DNA of 64,000 nucleotides from Octopus vulgaris (taxonomy: Eukaryota), in assembly GCA_951406725.2 (NCBI GenBank), contig OX597817.1, positions 36,518,001 through 36,582,000 on the forward strand, given 5' to 3'. Within the stretch, counting starts at the first letter, position 1, and every line of letters starts with the position of its first letter. Both the position numbers and the translations under genes were made by a program. Below the pieces are notes generated by a model. The model was not told where the DNA came from. It ran no database searches and worked only from the letters and a program-made list of their open reading frames with translations. Shown here piece after piece: positions 23,675 through 37,779 of the stretch.

Positions 23675-26600
23675 ATTTATACATACATACATACATACAT
23701 ACATACATACACACATACTGATAAGAATATTTTAGCAAGAAAAAAAAGACATTCACAAGAGCTATTTCAGGAACATAGCAGTATCTGGTACACTTTCAGC
23801 TAAAGGTGGTGTCGGAGAAATATACATACATGTATGTATGTATGTATGTATGTATGTATGTATGTATGTATGTATGTATGTATGTATGTATATATGTATG
23901 TTTGTATGTATGTATGTATCATGTTTGTATGTATGTAGAAAACAAACATGTGTCTTAGCCTACTTTTACACCGATACTTATCCTTTGGCAATGTCTGCTG
24001 TGTTGAAAGACAAATGTCCTTCTGGAAACGTCAGCTCCAGTCTCTGTCACAAATAATTTTCCCACGATAGAAATGAAATCACCAAAACAAACGTCAGTTT
24101 TATTCGACATGTAAATGATTCCATTTCACATCTGCTACATTATTCTATTAACCAGCAGTGAGGTTGATAAAGAACTACACTGCTCAATTTGTTTTCTTTC
24201 TGTCCAGACAGAAATATCTCATTTGTTAAAAGAAATGAGAAATTAAGATAATTCAACGATAATTACTTTCCGTAAGCCATTAACATTTCACGTGATATAA
24301 AACGAATGGGAATTGGAATTGAAACGGCATTTCTTGCTTACGCAGGTTCTCTGCATTCTTTATCATAACTACAAATATATTATCTGCTGATGATACGAGG
24401 AAGCCAGTTATAGGATGGTATAACAACAAAGATGATATTTTAAAGAATGTATTGGGTCTGTAAGCTAAGTCGAACACAAATAATGTAACATCTGCAGTAA
24501 GAAATGAATTCAACACTGCAAGCTACCAACAAATTGGAAGAGACGTTAATGCAGCAGATAGAATGATTCGCAGTATTTTTTCCAACTCTCTGCATCCTGA
24601 ATTGAAACCCTTCCGAGGCCAACTTCATTTTCCATGTTCTCGAGGGCGATTAATAGGTATCATTCTAGAACTGCAGATTGGAACAACAGCAAGAATGCCA
24701 GATCAAACGCTATGAAGTATTTGTACCAAATCTTTGCGTTCTCAGTATCAACTCTAGCATGGTTCACTAAAGTGGTAGATTGAATCTGTCCTCCAGTTTA
24801 ACGATATCACAGGGTACCTTGGCTACCTTTGGCAAATTTCAGGTTTTCAGTTTCAGGATGTTCGCACCCTCCTTCTCGTGAGGGTCAGAGTCCCTGTTTA
24901 GGGTTCAGAATACTGCTTTACCTCTTGATTATAAAATAAAAGGGAAGTTAATATAAAGAGAGGGGTTATCTGTCTCCTTCAATATTGATTAAAAATAATA
25001 AAAACAGCTAATAATTGTTAATGTTGAGAATAGGAGATGATGAAGAAAATATTAATTTCAGTATGATACTTCTACATAATGTGTCGATGAATATCACCTG
25101 AAGATAATGTAAAGAGTTTTTAGATCAGATCGGAGGCCTCTGTAATAAAAGTCTATCGTTTTGAAATAGTAACCCCGATTTAACTCAAACTATAGTTTGT
25201 TATATTAAAACTGAAGGCACGTCGGGTAATGTAGTCCACGATACACTGTATAAAAATAGGCCAGAAGAATTATGTGGAGCATCAAAGGTCTGATGAATCG
25301 GGGCTGACCTAGGGTTAATCATTATCAATCACAATAACGACATGAAATTTAATTAAGTGATTGTATATTGGTAGCTTCAATAATTATAAGGATGGAAACT
25401 TATACGGTGACTTTATCAACCCCAGTACCTAAACCGGTCCCTTATTTAATCGATTCCATTAGGATGAAATGCAATTTACGTCAAAGGTTAAACATCTAAA
25501 GGTAATGCTGCTAATCAAGTTGTCTCACGCTTTAACAATTCTGCTAACGTCTTTAATGTGCATTTATTCTGATGATCAAGGTTTAATGATTAAGGTTTAT
25601 TTTTATGATGAGTTTTTTTTAATGAAAACTACAAATTTAAAATGAATTGGGCTGGAAATCGGATAAGCTAATCTTCAGATGATTGGTTAATGGTATGTTT
25701 ATCTAGAAAGGCTAAAAGTACTCTCACCGGTATTTTAACTCCAATATGTAAAGGAACGCAACTAAACTGAACCAGAAGGAAACCACGAAGGCTTCTACTG
25801 GTGACTCTGCCTACTGAAATTAGCTGTTTAATCTCATCTCTCTGAAGTAATAAATCATAAAGTACCTTCTGAAATAATGACAGACTAGATAATGTAGTCC
25901 TATGGACATTATGTCTGACAAAACAGAAGAAAAAATAATGAAAAGATGGCAAGTTACGTCTGGAGTGGAGTGTCTATGATCACGGCACGATTCTACTAGA
26001 ACTGACCTTTGGCTGAATGACAACATAACAGATTTTATTACAAATACAATATTCATTGATACCCTGTGTTATTTTTGTTGCTGTAATGAAACTGATTAAA
26101 AACATATATAATTACAAAAGAGATATGGAGGCGGTCATAATCGATTAGATCGAATCCTGTACTATTGTTTCATAAATTTTTAATGAGTATAATGAAGTTT
26201 AATGCAAAGAAGCAGAGCATATAACCGTTTCAAGACCAGGACCAGGAGGTGTGAAGAGGCAAAAGCAGTGGCATGAATACATGCAGATGAGTATAGATTA
26301 GAGATCATATTTACATTCTTCGACCCGTTAATTAAATCACTTATGGTTTCATTTCAATAATTTGGTATTCATTGACATGGATTTTAGTAAGCCACCATAA
26401 TTCAACATACTTTTTCATTGCATGCATTGTACCTAATGCACTGTATCAAATGCCTACCACCCGGACCGACCAATGTCCGTGTAGGTTTGTTTATACCCTC
26501 GCACTTAAAAACAGCAGAACTATAAGAATATACGTTTTAAGTGGAGAGAGAAGTCATCCGTTTCTGATAAAACGCTTTGAAAGAGAGAGCGAGAGAAAAA

Positions 26601-27257
26601 GAGAGGTGGAGAGGGGGAGAGAGAGACGGAGAGAAGGAGATATATGAAGATCTTAATGCTAGGGCATAAATTTGTGAATAAGAAAATGAAGTGATATCCA
26701 GGAATAGTTCATGAAGTGATTGAAAGAAAAGCTTGTATGTAATGGCGTGTGTACAACTCTAATGCCATACAAGAATCCTCGACACACAGAACACATACCA
26801 TCGCATACCAGCTTTTCTTCTCTCTTCTCCCTCTTTACATCTACCCTTCGACATCGCATCTCCAAATTCTTTTACTCATTGCGATGCTTTTCTTTCTTTC
26901 GAAAGAATTATCGAAAACGAAATCTTTCTTTTTTTGTTACCTCACCTCATAAAACATATTCCACTGTTTGAACTATATAGTATTTAGTTCTGCGCTCTAC
27001 TTTTTGTATATAAGTCTATTGCTCTACGATAGCAAAAAAAAAAAAACTGCAGGGAAACACTAACAAACAAACAAACAAACAAACAAACAAACGCAAAGAC
27101 CTAAAATAGAAGAGAGATAATCAGTTATAACAACGATTAATTGACGAGAGCATTTATATAATGAAACTCTACAGCTAACGTTACTTAAGTGAAAGTAAAA
27201 AGGACAAAACAGCAAACTCAGCTCTTACAGCAACAGCGCTGCTATGAAGAGATATAA

Positions 27258-27299
27258 CCGCCGCTGCCACCACCACCACCACCACTACTACTACTACTG

Positions 27300-27379
<80 letters not shown>

Positions 27380-27416
27380 GCTGCTACTGCTGCTACTGCT
27401 GCTACTGCTGCTGCTG

Positions 27417-27450
<34 letters not shown>

Positions 27451-27476
27451 AACTACTACTACTACTACTACTACTA

Positions 27477-27520
<44 letters not shown>

Positions 27521-27584
27521 GCTACTACTACTACTACTACTGTTGCTACTGCTGTTACTGCTGCTGCTGCCACTACTACTGTTG

Positions 27585-27621
<37 letters not shown>

Positions 27622-27647
27622 CACTGCTGCTGCTGCTGCTGCTGCTG

Positions 27648-27682
<35 letters not shown>

Positions 27683-27705
27683 GCTGCTGCTGCAGCTGCT
27701 GCTAC

Positions 27706-27739
<34 letters not shown>

Positions 27740-27743
27740 GCTG
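27258..27743. repeat. Compound (CTA)n/(CTG)n/(CCA)n trinucleotide array
   Basis: Directly visible; explains the polyY/S/V/L ORFs. Confidence 0.97.
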
Positions 27744-28752
27744 TACGAACTGTTGCAAGAGTAAGGGGAAAAAATATTAAAATATAACAGCAGCTGCCTT
27801 ATATAGGACATGGTGAAACTTGTAGGTATACCAGTTTGGTGTCAGGAGGTCACAAGTAATGAGAACTGCTCTTATGAAATACAGCTGATGTCTGAAATTA
27901 GTTAATATGTAGAATTAATACAAAACTGATAACAACGTAACCAACTCTTTCTATTTTAAGATGGATGCCATACATCTTTCTTTATGTTGTTATAATACAT
28001 CTCCTGCCGCTTCCTGCTCCTTCTTTTACAATCTTCTCCACTCCTTCACTCACTCTATTTCTCGTAATTTGTATATTTATCATAGTTTACTCTTTTTTTT
28101 TTTTACTAGCTCAGTGTTTCATTCTATCTTGCTTGTTTTCCCCTCTCGCCTTCCGTACCGTTCTCTCTTTCCCTCTCCTACACCTTTTCTTTCTCCCTCG
28201 ATCTCTCCACCTCGTTCCATCTTTTCGTTCGTTCTCTCTTTTTCTCCCCCGCTCTCTCTCTCTTTTTCTATTTCTTTCTATCTCGAGCGTTCTCTCTCTC
28301 TCCCTACTTCTTCTTTTGTATCTATACGTCGAACTAGATATTTATTTATTTATCTATTTATTTCATATCGTCTTTGCTATTTGCATACGTTCACAAATAC
28401 ACACACACACATACACAAACAAAGTAGACACACACATACAAAAAAAACAAAGACAAATACACACACATACACAAACTCACCCTCTTTCTCTCTCGCTTCT
28501 CTATACACCTGTCTATCAGACATACAGAAAATAGATTCTGCCAATTGGCTACGTTCTGTTTGGTATCTTCATCGTTTGGCATCTTTTACTCTGTCTGTCT
28601 CCCGATATATATTCCCCCTTTTTTTATTCAAAGAATACTAGTTTCAAAGAGAAGCTTTAAGAGACGCTATTGTAAAAACAATATCTATCTGAATAAATAA
28701 TTAAATTTATATAAATAATAAACTTCCCAATTCTAACCGTTGCTTGAAAAAT

Positions 28753-28848
<96 letters not shown>

Positions 28849-29261
28849 ACGCAAGGCTGTCGGTATTGGTGTATGTTTAAATGTGCTACTTCCATTCAGT
28901 TGTGTATGAAAATGTCTGTTCTATCATTCTTTACTTGGTTTCAACCATTGTGAATCTCTCTCACACACACACATAAACACACATACATAATTTATATAAC
29001 TATCCATCAGCCGGTACAGTTCTGACTATTTTTTTGTAAAATACTTATTTTCGACTAACTCTATTTTAGCACATGTATGTTTGCTCAGTTTAGTCATGGA
29101 GATAAATTCTAGGTTGCATTGATTAGGTCGAGTGCCTATATAACCTGAACTCAGATACGTTACACAACACACCTTAAGTAATTCACTCATCAGCGATATA
29201 CAGTTTATTACTAGTTATGTACTTTAAAAACTTTAAAACTACATTCTTTTCTACTGTAGAC

Positions 29262-29678
29262 ACAAGGCCCGAAACTTTGGTGGTTGGGAGGGCCAGTCGA
29301 TTAGATCAACCCCAGTACGCAACTGGTACTTAATTTATCGATCCCGAAAGGATGAAAGACAAAGTCGACCTCGGCGGAATTTGAACCCAGAACGTAAAGG
29401 CAAGCGAAATACCGCAAAGAATTTCGCACGGCGTGCTAACGTTTCTTATTTCTTTATTACCCACAAGGGGCTAAAAATAGAGGAGACAAACAAGGACAGA
29501 GAAGGGGATTAAGTCGATTATATCGACCCCAGTGCGTAACTGGTACTTGATTTATCGAACCCGATTGGATGAAAGGCCAAGTCGACCTCGGCGGAATTCG
29601 AACTCAGAACGTAATGACAAACGAAATACCGCAAAGAATTTCGCCCGGCGTGCTAACGTTTCTGCCAGCTCGTCGCCT
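29262..29678 (-). mobile_element. SINE group 2 dimer
   Basis: Two cores (GTCGACCTCGGCGGAATT at 29364 and 29581); head near 29678. Confidence 0.85.
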
Positions 29679-29959
29679 TCCAGAAGTTATATTCCATCTC
29701 AGAAGTAAACGAAAATTTCGACTTAGAGAAGTTTTGGCCAATATCGCACCGGGCCATGTCTAACCTAGAAGCACTGACCCTTGTTTGCTCAGGCTATGTC
29801 TAGAAAAATAACACCGTTTGACGCAGTCTTTTAAGTTATGTTTTCAGGGTGCCATAGCATATTGGAATTAATTGTTGCTGTTTCCTGAGATATATCCAGG
29901 TGTTGCTAGTTTGTCTACCATTTCTTAGAACAATTTGTCCAGATACCATTTGATTGTTA

Positions 29960-31080
29960 TATTGTTGATTTTTCTTCTTTGATTTCTTTTGAAAGAATGT
30001 TTTATGTATAGGCGATCAGTATCTGCACGTGGATGATGAGCTCCATGCATCGTCAGGAGCTTTCTTGACTTCCAGTCCATCTCCTTTAGCTCTCCCTCTG
30101 TCCACTTCAGGATTCCAGCGTCATACCGAACTGCGCGCGAGTTTATTGCCGAAATCATCATCATTATTATTATTATTATTAAGCTAGTACATGCTAATTT
30201 TATTAGCAGGAATATTACCTTGAGGTTTGATAACAAACCTTAAATCTCATGAATCTTCCTCAGGATTCTTGCAGATTATAAGATGATCCTTTTCTTCAGG
30301 CCGACACTGAGTCACAATTTCAGTTTCTTCCAGTCTTTCAAGTAGCATTTTGGGTGTAGTGCCAAGTGCACTGATTACCTCAGGAATTATCATTAGTTAG
30401 TCTTCCACAGTCTCTACAGCTCTCTTGATGTTTCTCATAAAAAAAATTCTTTGTTATAGACTCTGTTATCATAAAGAATTACAAAGACTATGATCGTATA
30501 CTTTTTCTTAATATTTTGTCCTCTCTGAGCATATCTAGCCTTCTTCCTTAAATAGTATGGCAGTCTCAATGAGGAAGTACTATAAGATCGTAGGATTCTC
30601 ATTTTCTATTACGGCCTAAGGTTTGTATTCATACTACTTTCTTGTGATTTCGAAACCATATACTCGGTTATTATCCCAATGCACTCTTTTACATGCACAC
30701 TTATACTTGCATTTATACTCTTTTCGTGCTAACTTAGTGCACTTACACAAGAGGAAATAGATATTTTCACTTATTCCCTGCAGATTCTACACTTGCTTTC
30801 TGTTTAGTCGATCTTCGCTTTTATCAGATTTGCTCTAATGGCTTGTTCTTGGGTGGCTCTAATTAGTGCATCGGTCTCTAGTTTCAGATTTCCGTCCGTC
30901 CGTCACCCAGAGCCATTCGTTGTTTGTTGCATGTATTGGCCATATAATTCCATTTATTACCATCTGCTTGTTCGGTAGCGCTTCTTTCTCTTCTTGAATT
31001 CTACTACTGCTTCAAGAATATTTTAAGCATCTCAAGCTTACAATAGTATTCTTTCCAGGCTCTTATTGTTGAAAATTTAG
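29960..31080 (-). mobile_element. Two decayed Dong/R4 fragments separated by (AAT)n at about 30163-30180
   Basis: 29960-30160: AINSRAVRYDAGILKWT..HPRADTDRLY (post-RT region); 30240-31070: ETDALIRATQEQAIRANLIK..CRIC and C-terminal SARILRKI. Confidence 0.8.
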
Positions 31081-32201
31081 TCTCATTTATCACTGACTGA
31101 TTCGTTCATCACTGATCCAAGCAGCATGTTACCTTCAAATGTAAAATATATTATGCTTATCACGGATTGATCTGTGATAAAAGGGGTTGGTGATCAGTGA
31201 AATATTCGGCTTGTGCCACAAAACACGTCCCAATGACTACCCACAAAATTCATCTAACAAGAATGCATTGAGTATCTCTTTTGTTTACCTGACCATTGCG
31301 TATTTTTTATCCGGATTTATTTATTCGTACTTATCAACGTGTGGCCAGTGAACGGAAAAAATGCAAAGGTGCCTGATCCTAATATCTGGCGCAGATAAGT
31401 GTATTTATTCTCTACGAGAAAACGTAGAGATGATGGCGGAAGCTTTGCTACTGTAGGTCGGGAGTTTGGTGTCACTGAATCTACTATTCATTTTCAATGT
31501 GCATGAATATGGTTCATTTATCACTGTGATATTTTACTTTTTAAATCAAAGCCCCGATATAATCGAGGATGTATGTACTGAATTCAATTGTTTCAGTGAT
31601 TAGAGCTCCTACAGACTGACATTTAGCAAGTACATAAACGGATATCAATGAATAACGTGATAACTAGAAAAATCTCCAGCACAAACTATCCACTACTCTG
31701 AATATCTGTTAAAAGCTAGTAACTTAATCATATGTGTTAGATGACCCATATCAAGTTAGGTTCATTTAACAAATCTCCACAACCTATCTCTGACCTGTCA
31801 TCATTTTTATCAACACATTACATTTTCCACATCGATTGCTTCAAAAACAAATTAAGAAATGATCGCAATAGAATGAGCAGGCCTTCGATTTTATTCAGTA
31901 GAGTAGAATTAGTCGTACAATGTAAATGTTAACAGAAAGGATGTAGCTATATAAATCTTCTCCATTGAAATGAATATCTGACATGATTTTATGTTTACGA
32001 CGACTGTGAAGATAAATGCCATTTTTAAAGGAAACGGAAATGAAAACAGAAATTGACAAAATAGATCGTATTACATTACCATAAAGCAGTATACATTAAG
32101 CATTTTAATATTCTATAATATATTGTATATCATACATTACACCCCAGTATAACATCGTAATACAGTAATATACATTATACGTAATATAATTCTATAATAT
32201 A

Positions 32202-32590
32202 CAAGCAGTATCGCCCGGCGTTGCTCGAGTTTGTTTCAACACTTTAGAGTTGGAATTTTTGAAAAGTAAAAATGTTGCATTATGTAGCTTGTTATTCTCT
32301 TTAAGTGAACATATTTCTGGTTGAAATACACCAACAAATAGCGACACAGCAGTTAAAAAATGTAAAACATGGGGATTTTCATAGAAAAAATGCATCTTTT
32401 TGATGTAAATAATTTTTCATCTTAACATGGTCCAATCTGAATTTTATCTTCTACGATATGTAGAGCAACCCTTCTTCTATCATAAGCTCAATTTTGGTGA
32501 ACTTGCGCTGCAGGGTTTCGGAGGAGATAGTGTTAGTTGAAGGCTACCAAACCTGCCACACACAGACAACTTCAGCTTTATATATATAGA
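32202..32590 (-). mobile_element. Non-autonomous Helitron
   Basis: Minus strand starts 5'-TCTATATATATAAAG; 3' GC-rich hairpin CTCGAGCAACGCCGGGCG, then ACTGCTTG (a CTRR variant); inserted between A and T with no TSD. Confidence 0.82.
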
Positions 32591-32974
32591 TTAGTTTACG
32601 CAAAAAAAGGTAGTATTACATTACACTACCATAATATATATTATGCGTTAGAGTGTGCTACAATATTATACATTATATATTACACAATATAGTATATATT
32701 TCACACTGTAACATACATTATGCATTAATAAAAATTATATATTATACATAATAGAAAATACAGTATACAATGGTGTATTTTAATACCATTAATCTACATT
32801 TTAATAACATATACATTCTGCATTCTACAACAAATAGAGCATACATTTTGTATTACCACAATATCGTGACTTCCAGAATTAGACGTACTAGAATCACGAA
32901 CAGAAAAAACTAAGCGTATGAAAACCCGAGCTAAAACTGCTGCTTTAGATATTCTTAACGATAAATGGCCCTAG

Positions 32975-33313
32975 GAGGACACACCCTTCGGTCATGAATG
33001 ACCATGGGATTGCACCTAGAAAGTTACCCTCCAAGGCACAAATCCGGGCAAGGTTGTTTATGGAAGGCCAGCAGTCGCCTATGCATACCAGCTTTCCCTC
33101 GCCACGCCACCAGTGTTATCCAAGGGAAAGGCAACAGCCGATAAAGGTTGGCATCAGTGATGCGGCAACTCATTTCTACAGCTGAGTGAATTGGAACAAC
33201 ATGAAATAAAGTGTCTTACTCAAGAACACAACACACAGCCCGGTCTGGGAATCGAACTCACAACCTCACGATCGTAATGTCGACCCTCCAACAACTGAGC
33301 CATGCATCTTCAC
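32975..33313 (-). mobile_element. SINE with a group 3 head and an alternative body/tail; same type as 51768-52087
   Basis: Shared CTTCGGTCATGAAT..TGCACCTAGAA..TTACCCTCC.AGGCACAA.TCCGGGCAAGG tail and tRNA-like head. Confidence 0.82.
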
Positions 33314-33319
33314 AAAAAA

Positions 33320-33618
33320 GATTCTCGACCGGCTGATACCAGGAAGCCCCAAAATGGCAGAAATTCAAAAGACAGTGTACATGGGAAATGTCCATATCCT
33401 ACGTAAAATACTGTCAATGTAATCTCAAGTTTTAAAAACAAACTCATCATTTTCTTATGTTTTCTGAAGCATTCTCTTGAACAATATTATGTGCAAAACC
33501 CAATATTTGACACTCTAGGCATAACACCAACATGAACTTCTAACTTGTTGTCTCTTGAGGTCTCTGGGTGAGACTTCAAGTCAGCTTGTACAAATACGTA
33601 GCAAAAGTCAATCATATA

Positions 33619-33668
<50 letters not shown>

Positions 33669-34800
33669 GGTGGTGGTGATGATGATGATGATGGATGGGC
33701 ATTTTCCAGGGAATCTCGCTCTCTCCATTACTCTCCATTAATGTTCTAATTCCTCAAAGGAAATCCAGGCCTGGTTAAGAGTTTACCAAATCCAAAATGA
33801 GAATAAATCACTTACTTTATATGGATGACCTCCAACTGTACAAAAAAAAATCGCACGGACCTAGACCTTTTGATCCGAAGAGTGAGAATTTTCAGTAAAT
33901 ATATTGGAATGCATCTTGGAGCAAATATATGTGCAGTACTAATTATGATGAGAGGGCAGAAGGTAAACTGTTGATGGCATAAAATTACCACAAGACAACA
34001 TCATTAGATCGCGGTCGAATAATGAGGGGTCCAAATATCTGGAAGTGTTGCAAGTCCATAGGATAATGGAAGGAGAAGTGACTGAGAAAGTCATTAAAGA
34101 GTACATGAGGAGATTTAGGAAGGTGCTCGAAAGAAAAATCAAATGGAGGGAACATCATTAAATCCATTCCATGGGCTATGCCCATACTGAGATACTCTGT
34201 TCCCTTTCTGAAACGGACAACGGACGAGCTAGAATTCACAACGCATCCCGCCCTAAAAACAATACTGACCGACTCTACCTACCAAGAAAGGATGCTGGCA
34301 GAGGATTACTAAACGGAGAGTACACCGCTAACAGTGAAGCCACTGTTAATTGGAAAAATTGAGAAATATCAGGATATAGCCAAAGAGCTGAGGAGACAGT
34401 AGAAGATCAAGACAATTATTCCTTTAATAACTGGTGCACTTGGTTGTTGGCATTCTTTTTGTCTCGGGAGACAATGGAGTTGCGCATAAAATAATATAGT
34501 CCAGCTTTTACATTTTATGTCCTTGTTCATCTCCTGCTGTGGCTGTGTAGTCCTATCCTGGAAAAACACTCCCTCCTCTGGCAGGTGCTGCAAATGTAGC
34601 GAAGACGTTGCCTGGCTGGTTGTAATGTCATAGTACTTGGTACAGCACCCGAAATGTGACCTAATATACTGAAAGAGATTGGAATCGAAACACGCACTGT
34701 CGACCTACAGTAAAGTGTTGTCTTATTATCTGCAAGAATCCTAAGGACGATTCTTGACGTTTGAGAAGATTTGTTGGCACCGAACGTCAAGATATAATAT
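33320..34800 (+). mobile_element. Dong/R4 fragments: a 3' end (33320-33615), (GAT/GGT)n, then a deleted RT-to-RLE remnant (33695-34800)
   Basis: EIQKTVYMGNVHILRKILSM*; GIFQG..SPL; NHLLYMDDLQLY; NTDRLYLPRKDAGRGLL; IIPLITGALG/TAPE..SARILRTILDV*. Confidence 0.82.
34445..34634 (-). mobile_element. 5'-truncated RTE-clade LINE 3' end nested in the Dong remnant
   Basis: YICSTCQRRECFSRIGLHSHSRR* (RTE C-terminal zinc finger); tail CCATTGTCTCCCGAGAC...GCCAACAA; 7-bp TSD ACTTGGT (34438-34444 and 34635-34641). Confidence 0.82.
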
Positions 34801-36199
34801 CTGCTTACTAAATTAGCGTGCATATGTGTAATAATAACGCTATCTGTATCTGTCACAAGGTTACAAATGTCTAAAGGAAATTGAGTTGAACTAGAATATA
34901 TTTAGTTCTCATTTTATAGCCACTGAAACGATGGAAAGTAAAATGAACGCCGGCGGCTGCTGAACTCAGAGCACTGAGGGCAACACCTGAATACTAAATA
35001 TTCTGGCTAGCGATATAGCACCTCTTCCATCCCATCGTTAACAACATCAACATTACTATAAGTTTAATTGAAAGAGGAAGGTAACAACAGAGAAAAGTTT
35101 GTTATTTCTTATTCCGGCTATTTTCGCAATGAATTAGATAATGTATTTGAACTGGTTCTTAAATGAAAAACATCCGGTCGAGAGACTGGTGAGTTGCCAA
35201 ACACAGTTTGAGAAATCAATTTCGTGTCAATTAGAGTGGCTAATAAATCAATTACCTACATTAGGTGTAATATTGTAATACTTTACAACATATCGGGAAT
35301 GTATTCAAGTCGTATCCTCAGGGCTACGGCCAGCCATATACATATATACATACAAACATACATACATACAAACATACATGCATGAATGCACACATACACC
35401 CACCTAGCCCACACAATATATACAAGGGGACTGGTATGGGTGTGTGTATGTAGGTGTTTGTAAATTTACATGAATGTATGCATAAATATTTATGTATGCA
35501 TATATATGCCTCAGTCTCTCTTTCTTTCTCTGTATATGTATATAATGTGTGTGGGTATCTGAGTTTCTGGTGGTTTTAGTGTGTAATCTACACAAATCTA
35601 GATACACATATATAAACGTAGGCGAACACAGCTCACACATGCACGCGCATACACACACACACACTTATGTATAAAAATTAAATTACTAAAGTTGCTATGC
35701 CGTTTATAAAAGGACGCTTTCGACATTTGGGAGATGTTATTACTTAAAGGCTGTTTGGTGAGATAGAAAAAGTGAACTAAACACGTCTCTTCTTCGGAAG
35801 ATTCTCCTGACAAAAGCATATCAACTTAAGTAGATTGACATTCATACCAATAGATTAAATTTTCCTGACTTCGACCACCAACAAACACCCTGAATATTAC
35901 TCATGTACACTCATACACACATACACCATACATACACAGAAATACACAGGTAACCAACCTTTTCTTTGTTTTCAGTGTATGTATATATATATATGTGTGT
36001 GTGTGTGTATATTTGTATTATTCTTAATTTTTTTTTTTAAATCATTGAACTGTGGTCATTGACACAGGCTAGAAGAGCTAAATCAACTCCAGCCTGGCAT
36101 TTATTGCATCGTTAACATTTGCCGAACCGCTAGTTTACGCGCCATGTAAATACACGGACACCGGTTGTGAAACCCTGTTCGGAAAAGACACACAAAGAC

Positions 36200-36267
<68 letters not shown>

Positions 36268-37404
36268 CCCTAGACTTTTGCTTTCCTTCAGTTTTACATA
36301 TGTGTATTACATGGATATGTTGTATGTGTAGTCTTATTTGCAGAAAATAGAAATAAACAGTGTTTGACTGCTGTTTCTAATTTTTCGGTATGTGGCTAAG
36401 CAACCTGTTGCCTGCCCCTCTTTATTCATACACACACACATATATATATTATTGACTTGTAGGGACACCTATTTCGTTAAGCAACCATAATGCACTACAA
36501 AGTATATTAAACGGTTTTATAAATCAATACAGTGTTCTGCTGTGTTAGCAGTGCTCTTACATCACTTGTTCAGGGTGTCTCTACATATTTTCTACAGATA
36601 TTATAGCCGGCACTGATTTTGTTACGAGATTTCGTATCCGAGATGCCTGACCTAATCCCAACAATGAAGTCGAAGATGAAAAATGGGTAATGAAGCCAAT
36701 GTATTTCGTGCAAAATCTCTTAATCTTATATATATATTTATTTATTTATTTATAGATATATTAGAAGGTTTGGAAGTGATGTACAGATATTATATATTAG
36801 AAGAAATAAGGTACTCAGAAATGTGGATGGTTTTATATTTACACATTTTTAATATGTCACATATTTTTATATATCAGATATTAACGCTAGCATCCACTCT
36901 AGTGGATTCTTCAGTTTGTAATTTTTTGAGATTCGTCTCTTTATAGTATTATTGAGTGTGTAGGGGTGGAGAGAGAGATAGGATTGTAAAAGAGAGTGAG
37001 GAATGAGGACAAAGTCAGAGAGAGTGCGTGTGTGTGCTGGCGTGCGTGTGCATGTGTGTGCATGTTTATGCGCGTGTCTATATGTGTGTGTGATATGATG
37101 TGGGTGTGGTTATTAAAACAGTAACTCAAGAGCTAAATGTTTATTTACTTAATATATTTACTTTTACTACAGTGACAGAAATGATGAAATGTTCGTGTGT
37201 GTGTGTGTGTGTGTGTGTGCGCGTGCGTGCGTGTGCATGCGTGCGTGTGTCTGATCAGATATGATAACTTTCATTACTTAAACTTTCTGGCTCTAAATAT
37301 ATGATTGTCACGTTCAAAATAGACATGCAGTCACAAAATAATGCTAAAATTCATCTATAACAACAATTAGCGAATCCCCGAAACTAGCATGCTTATATAT
37401 ATAT

Positions 37405-37610
37405 AGTTAATCCAAACAAGAAAACACAAAAAGAACACAACAACACGAGGACGTGGAACAAATATAGTATTATTGGACGCTCAGGAAAGAAGGGAAGAAG
37501 GAGGGTTTAACGTTTCGAGCGGAGCTCTTCGTCGGAAACATAGGATAAGGAAAGATCCCGAGAAGGGAAGACAGAGGAAAGAAAAAAAATCGCCAACGGT
37601 ACACACGAGG

Positions 37611-37613
<3 letters not shown>
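37405..37613 (-). mobile_element. Short element between (TA)n tracts, probably a Penelope pseudo-LTR derivative, with a hammerhead-like motif
   Basis: Minus strand GTTT-CCGACGA-A-GAGC-TCC-GCTC-GAAAC-GTT-AAAC; same layout as the 48308 and 59790 elements. Confidence 0.6.
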
Positions 37614-37680
<67 letters not shown>

Positions 37681-37779
37681 ATATAATATAATATAATATA
37701 TAAATAATATATAAATATATGCATATATACATGCATATATGTACATACCTACATATATATGCATATATACATGCTTATA

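Noticed and set aside
24280-24345. MPFQFQFPFVL resembling the Helitron/Pif1 helicase PFQFKRLQFP motif
   Set aside because: The following FAMTINKSQG motif and other helicase motifs are absent; probably chance
27181-27811. PolyS/V/Y/L ORFs
   Set aside because: Trinucleotide array
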